DNA of 64,000 bases from a virus (taxonomy: Duplodnaviria; Heunggongvirae; Uroviricota; Caudoviricetes): positions 1 through 64,000 of IMG/VR virus record IMGVR_UViG_2529293038_000017, one strand, 5' to 3'. The notes under the pieces were generated by a model. The model was not told where the DNA came from and did not search any database. It worked only from the letters and a program-made list of their open reading frames with translations. This document shows, one piece after another, positions 19,739 through 28,901 of this stretch (position 1 is the stretch's first letter; the number at the start of each line of letters is the position of its first letter). Made by a program: the position numbers and the translations under genes.

Positions 19739-22715
19739 TATTTAGCTCCTTTGCCACACCTAATAACAGTTCCAGCAATCCGTCACCATTCATCAGTGAT
19801 GCGGCAGCGGCCTCTTTGTCATGATACAATTGAAGAGCCATAGAGAATACTTCCGTTGCTGACGTTTTGGAAATAGTCGGTGATTTCTGCCGAATTTTCC
19901 CGGTGTTACTTACTGAGGCTGGCGGGTATACCTTCGCCATATAAATATTACTCAATCGAGATCTGAAGCACCATTCAGGCTTGCCACGCCCACCGATATT
20001 GACGAAAGATGGCTTATCCCCTTCAACATTGGCCTTCAGGAATGACCGGGCTTTCTCTAACAAACCAGGGTTACTGTACTCAAGATGATGACCCAGCTCG
20101 TGCCACAGTGCACTTGCATTTTCATCGTTCAAATTGACAGCAACAACACCATTAAGATTTGCATATGCCCTTCCCTGGTGGTGAACTACCTTTGATAAGG
20201 TCGATATTTTCCCGCCGGTCAGGCGATAAATATCAGCAAGTTCCTTGCGCAGGTCTATCCCACCATTCTGTCCAGCGCGGACTTCTTCCACTTCTTCTGT
20301 GATAAAAGAGTCGGCCCACTCAAGAGCTTTTTCTTCAGATACGGATGAGTTTGCGATCGCACTGTTCATGGCAGATAACACTTTCTCGTGGACCGAACCC
20401 ATACTTCGCTGATTCATTTGCCAGCGTATCTGCGGGTTATATGAGAATCGCTTAAGTAGTTGGTCAAGCTGCTCAAGTTCTTCTTCACTGACATACTTTT
20501 TAGCCTCACCAATAATGCCAGGGAGAATATTGCCGTTAGGATTAAACGCTCGCGAAAGGAAGAGTTTCAGCGCCCCCATGCCCTCCGATGCTTCAATATC
20601 ACCAATAACCCGGTTAACAATGGCCGCACTCTTCGGATTAGCATCCGCCAACGCTCTGGCTACGATTTGCAGGGACGATACGACCTCACGCTGCATATCA
20701 GTCCTGATCTCATCAATAAACTCTGGCGTTATGCCGTGCTCTTTAAGAATATCCCGGCCTTCCGCCGTTACCCCATCGATATCACCGACATGTTTATTAA
20801 CACGACTTTGCAATGCCTTAAATGCCTTCAGAATTCCACGGGCATCATCCGCTTTACTAACGGCCTTCCTGAATGCTGGCAAGAAGTCTGAGTTAACCTC
20901 ATTTTGTTGATCGGCCCACTGAATGGAGGCTTCTTTCATCTCGTCCAGAGTCAGATCACCCAACGCGGTATGGTCTGTGAATATGAGCGACAACCTCTGA
21001 ACCATTTCTGCCAATGGTGATGCCGAATGCGCCGCGCTAAGGAATGCTTTCACCCTGGTTGGGCGAATGGAAAACCAGTCAATAGCTGGTGGCATATCTC
21101 CGTTTTTTATCGCCTGCGCTATCTCGTCAAAGCCATCGCGCCCAAGGGAGGATGCGTGATTTAACAAGCCGCGAAGTAACGAATTGCTGATACCGAATAA
21201 TCGGCACCATTTTTTCACGTCGGCAACAGGCATTCGAACAAAATGCGCAAGCACTTGTACAAGCTGTTCATCCTGGGGATCTGTGCGGGAAAGCAGCCTG
21301 ATCAGATGAATAATGTCTTTGATGCCGGATGCCCGATGTAATAGCAAACTGGTATACGGAGCAACACCGTTGTAACTACCGCCGGAAACGGACTCGAAAA
21401 GACCGCCGGATATCCCTTGCATGCCTTCGTTTTCCAGTTCCTGAGACACCTGGCGAAGGATATCCTGTAACGACACATCGCCGCCGCCAAACATATCCCC
21501 CAGCGCCTGGCCCTGGTGCTGTAACTCATCATTGATACGTTGAGCCATCAACTTAAAGGCGGTGGCCATACGCTTCGCGCTACGGTTATTCGCGACGATG
21601 AACAACGCGAGTGCTTTCACTTCCGGGGCCGTTTCGCTGAACATATCCCCCTGAGCAATAACATCGGTAATATGCTGGCCTGACTCCTTCGATTGCCTTA
21701 CCAGGTCTACCGCATCTTTCAATGCCTCCAGCGCCTTTTTATCGAGGCTATCCGCTGTCTCAATGCCATCAACAATAGTTGTCACAGCCTGCTTGTGCGC
21801 TTCTCCTGATAAAGCCTGCATCTGGACAAAATCATTGGCTGCCGCATTAAGCGCCGTCAGAACATTACGCATATCCGGATCAGGTTCTTCTGCAACCATC
21901 CTTACCAGGCGCGCATCCTTATATGCCTTGGCAAAGATCGCGTTTTGTATACGGTCTACAAGTTGCCGTGTTGGTCGCCCATCTTCAGTTACAAGGCCAG
22001 CCGCCTGTGTGGCACCAACTTGCGTCATAAATCCGCGAATAAACGCGTCATTACTGCGGCTAAGCAGATCTCCGCTTTCTGACGGGTTAAAAAGCGCCAT
22101 CATCGCCGGTGTTATGCTGTCGGCATCAACAAAAGCTTTTTCACTGGCTGCCATTTCCTGAAGATCAGAAATATTTGAGTCCTTGGCAAACTGAACGCGG
22201 TCAACCTTAGTTAACCGGCGGCGCACCAGTACCGGAGCCGTCATTGATTCAACCTTTTCAGGAGGTATGCCGAATTCGGTCGCATGTTCAATCAGGTACT
22301 CACGATACCGATCCGCATTGCCGTCCTGATAGGCTTTGATGATCCCCATGGTCCGTCCATTACCTGACTCAACGGCATTGTCCTCACCAATTATCGGCGC
22401 ACCATGGCTGGATAAACCGGAATCAGTAAGCTGAGCTGGCCGCAAATCTTTGGATATCTGGTTAACCTGAAGAAGGCTGGATGCGCGGGTCCGGTCGCGC
22501 GGCTGAAGTTCCTGGGGATAGTCAGGATTAATTTTCCCATCCAGAGTATTGGATACCAAAAGAGCTGAGGCATCGACGATATCAAACGCTGTTTTTACCT
22601 CGTCTCCCTTCGCTGTCACCACATACGAAACCCGCCCATAATCGGGCAGGTTCTTTAGCAGCTCGATCAGCGTTTCTATGCTGGTGGCCATTACCACCTG
22701 ATCGCTTAAGCTCAT
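19728..22715 (-). CDS. ddrB: DdrB-like antirestriction-system component (995 aa)
   Basis: Large ORF after ddrA in the darA operon. Contains an HExxH motif (WHELGHHLEY) near the C-terminus. Confidence 0.75.
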   Translation of the reverse strand: MSLSDQVVMATSIETLIELLKNLPDYGRVSYVVTAKGDEVKTAFDIVDASALLVSNTLDGKINPDYPQELQPRDRTRASSLLQVNQISKDLRPAQLTDSGLSSHGAPIIGEDNAVESGNGRTMGIIKAYQDGNADRYREYLIEHATEFGIPPEKVESMTAPVLVRRRLTKVDRVQFAKDSNISDLQEMAASEKAFVDADSITPAMMALFNPSESGDLLSRSNDAFIRGFMTQVGATQAAGLVTEDGRPTRQLVDRIQNAIFAKAYKDARLVRMVAEEPDPDMRNVLTALNAAANDFVQMQALSGEAHKQAVTTIVDGIETADSLDKKALEALKDAVDLVRQSKESGQHITDVIAQGDMFSETAPEVKALALFIVANNRSAKRMATAFKLMAQRINDELQHQGQALGDMFGGGDVSLQDILRQVSQELENEGMQGISGGLFESVSGGSYNGVAPYTSLLLHRASGIKDIIHLIRLLSRTDPQDEQLVQVLAHFVRMPVADVKKWCRLFGISNSLLRGLLNHASSLGRDGFDEIAQAIKNGDMPPAIDWFSIRPTRVKAFLSAAHSASPLAEMVQRLSLIFTDHTALGDLTLDEMKEASIQWADQQNEVNSDFLPAFRKAVSKADDARGILKAFKALQSRVNKHVGDIDGVTAEGRDILKEHGITPEFIDEIRTDMQREVVSSLQIVARALADANPKSAAIVNRVIGDIEASEGMGALKLFLSRAFNPNGNILPGIIGEAKKYVSEEELEQLDQLLKRFSYNPQIRWQMNQRSMGSVHEKVLSAMNSAIANSSVSEEKALEWADSFITEEVEEVRAGQNGGIDLRKELADIYRLTGGKISTLSKVVHHQGRAYANLNGVVAVNLNDENASALWHELGHHLEYSNPGLLEKARSFLKANVEGDKPSFVNIGGRGKPEWCFRSRLSNIYMAKVYPPASVSNTGKIRQKSPTISKTSATEVFSMALQLYHDKEAAAASLMNGDGLLELLLGVAKELNNAD

Positions 22716-22727
22716 CCCTGTTACGCC

Positions 22728-23093
22728 TTATGCTGCCTCTTTAATGTTGGCGGCTATCCATGCCGCCGTGTGCTGTTTAACCTGGTCCAGGTCGATGTAT
22801 GTGCCAACATATTGACTCAAATCCTGCAAGGTACCGATAAATGCATCGGTGCTCTGATCGACGAATTTATCAGCCAGGAAATCAGCAACCAGTTTTGGCA
22901 CACCATCATGTACCGAAGGTTGTTTTTCCTCGCCACTACTGCCGCCGGACACACCGTACCCCATCTGTTGCATGATCTGGTCAATTTCATCGCTGATATC
23001 CAGCAACTCCATGCCACTCGCGGTAGCCGCTTTGGACATCAGAGCATCCAACTTATCGCTGAGATCCATTAACTCAATAGCTGATAGTGTCAT
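22728..23093 (-). CDS. ddrA: DdrA-like protein (121 aa)
   Basis: Position between darA and ddrB; overlaps the darA stop. Confidence 0.65.
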   Translation of the reverse strand: MTLSAIELMDLSDKLDALMSKAATASGMELLDISDEIDQIMQQMGYGVSGGSSGEEKQPSVHDGVPKLVADFLADKFVDQSTDAFIGTLQDLSQYVGTYIDLDQVKQHTAAWIAANIKEAA

Positions 23094-25009
23094 GCCGCTA
23101 CCCCCGCTTTCTGGATTGCTACCAACAGATCAGCCAGGTGGCGAGCTGCGCCGTTAACCAGCTCTTCGTTTTCCTCAAAACGTCCGGCAGCCTGAAGGGC
23201 TGCAATCGCTTCCCGGACATTGCCCCGGGCGTTACGGATCTCCGCCATGTCAGTGCTTTGTATATCCATCACGTTATTGAGATATTCAATGGCTTTATTA
23301 GCCTCTGCATCTGCTTCGCTAACCGTTTCATCAGGCTGTGCCGGGGCCGGTTCTGGCTGAGTAATCTCACCGACTTCGGCCTGCAATGCATTGATCATGC
23401 TCTGCACCATTTTCTCGGTGCCAGCGCCCCCAGGAAACGCAATATTGGGGAAAGTTTTTTGAAACTGAGTTTTCAGCATTACGCGGAACTCGTCTGGTGA
23501 GCTGGTGGCCAGCTCCAGAGCTTTTTGTGCATATTTGCCAAACGGACCATTAGTAAGTGTCTTCGCCAGGAAGTCGAAAGAATCCTCGCGAGGCAATAAC
23601 TTCAGGTCGTACTCACTCATTTGCTGATCAGAAAGCGGGGTATCGTAAGTAGCAATGCCGTAGCGTGCATATTCATAATACGGGTCACCTTCATCAGGGC
23701 GCGGCAGAATTGCTTTGTTACCTTCAGGTATTGCGCCAGGGGCCGCCGGACGCATTTGCAGGGCATATCGATATGCACCTACAGAGACTTCTGGTTCAGG
23801 CGAAGAGCTACCGGTATCCTCCGCTGGTTCAGGTTCGACGTTTTCCGGTTTATGTTCTTCTGGTTGGACCAGGTATTCCGATACATTACCCGCTTTATAG
23901 GCTTTAAACAGCTTGCCGATCGCATCTGCCATGTCCACACCCTGTATGGATTTAGCCTTGATCATGTATACGCTGCCATCCGGATCGGTTAACTGGATAT
24001 ACCCTTCGCCGCCCCCAATGAATTGCTTCATTGATGCACCATTACTGAGCGTCACTTCCCCGTCCATATGCATACGATTTTTGATACTGGCAAGGCGATC
24101 CGTCAGCGCGCGAGAGTGCCCACCAGTCATCCCCGCTGGAGCAATGGTATCGCGCCCACCAGTGCGATTGAGCTGATTAATCTCCGTCTGCAAACGCTCA
24201 TTCTCTTCATAAAGAGAATCCGCTTCCGATGCAACAGCGTTAATTTTCTGCTCCAGATCTGCCTTCTGCCCTTCTACCGCTGCCACCTGATCCGCGAGGT
24301 CGCTCATGGCATCCTCTTTCTGGTCACTGTCAGCCTGTAGTTGGGTTATTTCATCAACAAGGGCTTTTTTCTTCTTCTGCGCACGCTGGAATTTTGCCGA
24401 GTTTTTCTCTGCAAGGTTGGCAAGTTTCATGGTGACCTGCGCCAGCGTCATATCACGTCCACTCATCGGAGCAACGGTGTGAGTAACGTCTTTTTTATTC
24501 AGTAAGAACTGGAAAGCAACCAGCGTATCGCTATTGGTGATCCGGTTTTCCGCTGTCGGGCTATGAAACAGAATGCTGATAGTCTGACCATCACTGAGCG
24601 GAATAATGGCTGGCAAGACCGGCAGCCCGTTAACGTTACGTGCCCGGCCAATTTCAGCGCCGCCGATCGCGCGCGCGCCGCTCTGGGCCACATCCCCCGT
24701 TTTATCACTCCCCGCAGAGATTCCGGTACCATTCAGCTTCTGGTTCAATGCCCGGACAAATGCCTGCATGGTCCGGTGTAACTGCAAACGAGTAGAACTA
24801 ATCGCCTCCAGTAAATCCGTAGCACACCAGTGGATCGGCGTGTCATAGAAGAACGTAGCCTCGATTTCCTCCAGGGTGTTGGATTCCGTCATCAGATAGC
24901 GGTCCTCACCGGCCATTAATGCGCGATATTCATCATCAGTCACTGGCGGGGGAAGCACGTCAAGCCCAGGCTTGATCGTCACCCCTTTATTGATATTGAA
25001 CTGTTCCAT
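23090..25009 (-). CDS. darA: DarA antirestriction head protein (639 aa)
   Basis: AGGAAA Shine-Dalgarno. Size and order (hdf-darA-ddrA-ddrB) match the P1 dar operon as recalled. Confidence 0.75.
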   Translation of the reverse strand: MEQFNINKGVTIKPGLDVLPPPVTDDEYRALMAGEDRYLMTESNTLEEIEATFFYDTPIHWCATDLLEAISSTRLQLHRTMQAFVRALNQKLNGTGISAGSDKTGDVAQSGARAIGGAEIGRARNVNGLPVLPAIIPLSDGQTISILFHSPTAENRITNSDTLVAFQFLLNKKDVTHTVAPMSGRDMTLAQVTMKLANLAEKNSAKFQRAQKKKKALVDEITQLQADSDQKEDAMSDLADQVAAVEGQKADLEQKINAVASEADSLYEENERLQTEINQLNRTGGRDTIAPAGMTGGHSRALTDRLASIKNRMHMDGEVTLSNGASMKQFIGGGEGYIQLTDPDGSVYMIKAKSIQGVDMADAIGKLFKAYKAGNVSEYLVQPEEHKPENVEPEPAEDTGSSSPEPEVSVGAYRYALQMRPAAPGAIPEGNKAILPRPDEGDPYYEYARYGIATYDTPLSDQQMSEYDLKLLPREDSFDFLAKTLTNGPFGKYAQKALELATSSPDEFRVMLKTQFQKTFPNIAFPGGAGTEKMVQSMINALQAEVGEITQPEPAPAQPDETVSEADAEANKAIEYLNNVMDIQSTDMAEIRNARGNVREAIAALQAAGRFEENEELVNGAARHLADLLVAIQKAGVAA

Positions 25010-25010
25010 G

Positions 25011-25622
25011 TTAATTTCCTGCTTTCAGTTGCTTAAGACGGCGTTTGAGTTCGCCATTTCGGGCCTTTTCGTTATTGAGTCGGCCTGTCTCCTTATCCAG
25101 CTTCGCTCGCAAATCAGTGATCTGCTGTTGATTGAAAGACACCGAGTTCTGCGCTGATTTATAAGCGGCAACCACCTGAGCATTCCGCTGTTTTGCCTCT
25201 TGCAGGCGCTGAAAGTTGGATTTTACTGCCGGTTTCTTGTCTACCGGATTGGCAACACGTTTCGCTTTGGCGATCAGTGATTTCTGGAATTTTGCGGAGT
25301 TTTTGCGGGCCGCTTGCCCCATGACGGTACCAAGCGTCTTGATATCCGGCGATTGAGCGTTAGGAATAGCTTTTCCATTCAGCCTCACAGACGATATATC
25401 GCCAGTATCGTTTACCTGTATGGCAAGAATTTGTCCGTCGTTAAGAACCAGCTTTGCGGTTTTAACTTTAACGCCATCTTTCGTTGTTGCGCGGTTGCTG
25501 GAGTCAACCTCAATTACCGTAACACCGGTTTTATTGATCGCCGCGATAAGGGATTTCAGCCCCTTTTCATTAACCTGGTCAAAATCGACCGTTGCATACT
25601 TATTTTTCGTCATCTGACACAT
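25011..25622 (-). CDS. hdf: Hdf-like protein (203 aa)
   Basis: Position immediately upstream of darA. Confidence 0.6.
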   Translation of the reverse strand: MCQMTKNKYATVDFDQVNEKGLKSLIAAINKTGVTVIEVDSSNRATTKDGVKVKTAKLVLNDGQILAIQVNDTGDISSVRLNGKAIPNAQSPDIKTLGTVMGQAARKNSAKFQKSLIAKAKRVANPVDKKPAVKSNFQRLQEAKQRNAQVVAAYKSAQNSVSFNQQQITDLRAKLDKETGRLNNEKARNGELKRRLKQLKAGN

Positions 25623-26043
25623 CCTGTGCGAGATTTATTACGTAACTTCTGCGGATTTGCTGAGTAACAGGGAAAATCCGATACAACGGGTTAATGAACG
25701 AGTCGCCATGCGTAACCATGACGTTGAAATGCCACAGTCGCTCTCCTTTACCCATATATTCAGTGGGTATGTACAACCATTCACTGTTTTCGCCCTGTTC
25801 AGCCGACGTCAAACAACGTTGTTCGCCTTCAATCACTGTCGTCGGCTTCTGAACATCGCGGATCCAATATCTGACCGTTGCGCCGCGCAAAAACGGGAAT
25901 TTAGACCGGTATTTGAACGGCACCCGGATGAAACCCGGTTTAATTTCCACATCACCAAGTTCTAAATGCGTGATGTCCTTGCGTTTTAGCAAATAGCGAT
26001 CGGCTAAGGCTAACGCAAGAACGCATACACCCCAGCCAATCAT
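25600..26043 (-). CDS. lydB: LydB-like protein (147 aa) with hydrophobic N-terminus
   Basis: N-terminal hydrophobic segment MIGWGVCVLALALA. Size and position after the holin-like gene match P1 lydB (from memory). Confidence 0.5.
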   Translation of the reverse strand: MIGWGVCVLALALADRYLLKRKDITHLELGDVEIKPGFIRVPFKYRSKFPFLRGATVRYWIRDVQKPTTVIEGEQRCLTSAEQGENSEWLYIPTEYMGKGERLWHFNVMVTHGDSFINPLYRIFPVTQQIRRSYVINLAQDVSDDEK

Positions 26044-26369
26044 TTCCCGCCTCCCTTTTTCACCAAACTTGTAAGAACATTCAGAATGCTATCGATATTC
26101 ACTCGTTTCATCCCTGAAATCACCTCATGACCGTTATTGCTGGCTATCGTTACCATTAAGTACGTAATTGATAACTCCCAGCCCTCGTGTTGCCCCAATA
26201 GGTACGCCACCGCGCCAGCTGTCACTGCAACAAAGATCTCCGTAACCAATCCCAACAAATTGCCAGACTGGCGACCGTCTCGGACATCCATCAGGAACGT
26301 GCCTATCCCACCAATTACTGAAAGCAGGAGCGCAATAGCAACTGGAGCTAATTCCTGTGTGTCAAGCAC
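26040..26369 (-). CDS. lydA: Holin-like membrane protein (109 aa), LydA-like
   Basis: Multiple hydrophobic helices (VAIALLLSVIGGIGTFL, IFVAVTAGAVAYLLG). Position at the head of the dar operon. Confidence 0.5.
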   Translation of the reverse strand: MLDTQELAPVAIALLLSVIGGIGTFLMDVRDGRQSGNLLGLVTEIFVAVTAGAVAYLLGQHEGWELSITYLMVTIASNNGHEVISGMKRVNIDSILNVLTSLVKKGGGK

Positions 26370-26443
26370 AAGTTCCCTCCTACGTTGTCAGGAGGTAATG
26401 GTATGCAAAGTAACTTCTCAACCGGTTATGTTGCATAAGAGAC

Positions 26444-26707
26444 TTACCTATTCAACCGACTTTTGGAACCTTCAATAATAAGCCTGCTATTGGCGCTGAA
26501 AATAAGAACCATGCAGCTCTGAAGGCTTTCATTCATATCCTTATATTCCGCGAGATACATGCCAATAAAGCCAGCAAGTACGGCGGAAATACATTCGGCC
26601 AGCAATTTCTTGCATGAAGACTCGTAACGGTTTTCACATAGCCCACTCAAATACGAATACACCCCACCAAGAAGGGATAACATCACGATATGTACATAAA
26701 ATGTCAT
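26444..26707 (-). CDS. Small membrane protein (87 aa)
   Basis: Hydrophobic segments; upstream of the lydA-like gene. Confidence 0.4.
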   Translation of the reverse strand: MTFYVHIVMLSLLGGVYSYLSGLCENRYESSCKKLLAECISAVLAGFIGMYLAEYKDMNESLQSCMVLIFSANSRLIIEGSKSRLNR

Positions 26708-27142
26708 TTTTTACCTATACAACAGTAAGTTGAACAACATCTGAGAACGGTATGCACTTTGTGATTTCCACACACACTGGTTTTGTTAATTAAAACCTGT
26801 AGCTTGCAATAAATAACGATAGTGGGCAGAAAATATGCTAATAGGCTATGTACGCATATAGACAAATGAACAAAACACAGCTATGCAGTGAAAAGCACTT
26901 GAAAGCGCAGGATGTGAGCTAATTTTTGCGAATAAGGCGAGCAGCAAAAAGGCTGGGCACCCTGGGTTAAAAAAGGTTCTGCGTATGCTTTCCAGAGGTG
27001 ATACCCTAGTCTCGGGCTAGGGACAACATTTCGAGGACAGTTTTCATTAGCGGTCAGCAGGCGCTAGATACATCGAATTGATGTGCCGCGCGATAAATGT
27101 ACCTATTCTATCAAGATAAATTACACCGACGCGGCATTAGAA

Positions 27143-27712
27143 TTACAGCTCAGATTGAGTTTGGCGCTTCTCTACAGGATGATAACGATAAATCGTCGAT
27201 ACACCGATATCGTAAATAATTGCCAACTGTTTCCTGCTGTAGCCATTTTCGATCAACCTCGCTATTTGCTCATGTTGTTCTTTTGTCAACTTCGGGCGAC
27301 GTCCGCCAATGCGTCCCTGTTCGCGTGCAGCTGCCAGTCCGGCCAGTGTTCTCTCAACAATTAATTCACGTTCCATTTCTGCTAAAGCCCCCATGACGTG
27401 AAAAAAGAAACGCCCCATGGGTGTTGATGTGTCAATACTGTCTGTCAGACTACGGAAATTAACACCTTTTTCCCGCAACTCCTCTATAAGCGTGATAAGG
27501 TGTTTCATACTTCTGCCAAGCCTATCCAGCTTCCAGACAACCAGCGTATCTCCTTCTGATAACGTTCTGAGCAGCTTTTTCAAGCCTGGTCTGGCTGACT
27601 TTGTTCCGCTTATTTTATCTTCAAAAATCAGTTCACATCCTGCGCAGTTCAGTGCATTTCTTTGTAAATCTGTGTTTTGGTCATTTGTTGACACACGAAT
27701 GTAGCCAATTTG
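27143..27712 (-). CDS. cin: Cin serine DNA invertase (about 186 aa)
   Basis: MQIGYIRVSTNDQNTDLQ... resolvase/invertase N-terminal catalytic motif and C-terminal HTH (GYSRKQLAIIYDIGVSTIYRY). Adjacent to the invertible segment. Confidence 0.9.
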   Translation of the reverse strand, partial: QIGYIRVSTNDQNTDLQRNALNCAGCELIFEDKISGTKSARPGLKKLLRTLSEGDTLVVWKLDRLGRSMKHLITLIEELREKGVNFRSLTDSIDTSTPMGRFFFHVMGALAEMERELIVERTLAGLAAAREQGRIGGRRPKLTKEQHEQIARLIENGYSRKQLAIIYDIGVSTIYRYHPVEKRQTQSEL

Positions 27713-27769
27713 CATGAAAAACAACCTCTTTGTTTAGTTAAAAATACATCGTTGGTATAGGTAGGGATT

Positions 27770-27795
27770 AAGACTAAAACGTTGGTTTGGGAGAA
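27770..27795. promoter_or_regulatory. cix-like recombination site (AAGACTAAAACG-TT-GGTTTGGGAGAA)
   Basis: Resembles the Gin/Cin crossover-site pattern (AAACC-NN-GGTTT core); sits at the junction where the Sv and Sv' reading frames diverge. Confidence 0.55.
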
Positions 27796-28284
27796 GGCTC
27801 TGCATTACCTGTTGGTGTCCCTGTTCCGTGGCCTTCAGCCACTCCGCCAACAGGCTGGCTGAAATGCAACGGTGCGGCTTTTTCTGCTGAAGAATACCCG
27901 GAACTGGCAAAGGCTTACCCGACAAATAAATTGCCTGATTTACGTGGTGAGTTCATTCGTGGCTGGGATGACGGGCGCGGGATTGATCCAGGTCGCTCTA
28001 TTTTAAGCGAGCAAGGATATGCAACGGAGGATCATGCTCACGGATTACCGTCAAAATCAACCGTAGCAACTGACAGCTCAATTAATTTCTACTTTGACGA
28101 GGCATGGGCTACTAGTGGTAATACGGGAGTTATCAGATGGGGGAACACAAGCGATGCAGGATTGCCAGCCCCTAATTATGGAACTTTTAAAACATATAAA
28201 CAGTCCGTAGCTAATTTAGGTACTGCTGGCTTAGAAACCCGCCCTCGTAATATTGCATTTAATTATATTGTGAGGGCGGATTAA
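27787..28284 (+). CDS. Alternative tail-fibre variable C-terminal segment (Sv'-like, 165 codons), silent in this orientation
   Basis: Open frame beginning at the cix site with no independent start signal. N-terminal 33 residues nearly identical to an internal stretch of the S protein. Confidence 0.6.
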   Translation: MGEGSALPVGVPVPWPSATPPTGWLKCNGAAFSAEEYPELAKAYPTNKLPDLRGEFIRGWDDGRGIDPGRSILSEQGYATEDHAHGLPSKSTVATDSSINFYFDEAWATSGNTGVIRWGNTSDAGLPAPNYGTFKTYKQSVANLGTAGLETRPRNIAFNYIVRAD

Positions 28285-28289
28285 TTATA

Positions 28290-28901
28290 TCAACTGGCTG
28301 TAGAAAGTTGTTTTTCAGGCCAGTTGAGATCTGGTGCCGTGGTTAAATCCATCGCGTTCAGCTCGTCTATATAATCTAGCACGGAGTTAAGCTGCGTGGT
28401 TTCTGCCTGCGTCAACTTCCGTCCAGCCCGTAATTTCAACTGAATCAGACTAATGGAATCCATCGCAGTATCAATCAATGACTGACGTTTTGTTTCTGCT
28501 GCCTCTACAGCTGCACTATGTTGAGCCTCAGTATCAACCACCCATTTCTCTCCATCCCATTTGTCGTATGGTGTTAGCGGGGCGATAGTGGTTGTATTTT
28601 CCGGATAGTCACCCAACACCGTGATTTCTTCGGGATTCCCTGTGTCAATGCTATAGACAGTTTCGCCACGATGATCTGGCACATACTCCCATGAACTTAA
28701 ATCCTCTGAACGGAGAATCGCATAACCTGCTTTATGTGAGCCTGGAGCATCCAAACAAGAATGTGCCGGAATACCAACGCCAACAGCAAGATATTCAGTT
28801 GATGCAGAAATATATTCCCGATTACCACCATCATAGTTATAAACGATAATGTTTCCTGCCTGTATGGCTATAAGTTCGCTATTTAATATCGCATTATCCA
28901 T
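28290..28901 (-). CDS. U: Tail-fibre assembly chaperone (U/Tfa-like, 203 aa)
   Basis: Directly downstream of S; C-terminal region resembles Tfa-family chaperones. Confidence 0.7.
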   Translation of the reverse strand: MDNAILNSELIAIQAGNIIVYNYDGGNREYISASTEYLAVGVGIPAHSCLDAPGSHKAGYAILRSEDLSSWEYVPDHRGETVYSIDTGNPEEITVLGDYPENTTTIAPLTPYDKWDGEKWVVDTEAQHSAAVEAAETKRQSLIDTAMDSISLIQLKLRAGRKLTQAETTQLNSVLDYIDELNAMDLTTAPDLNWPEKQLSTAS

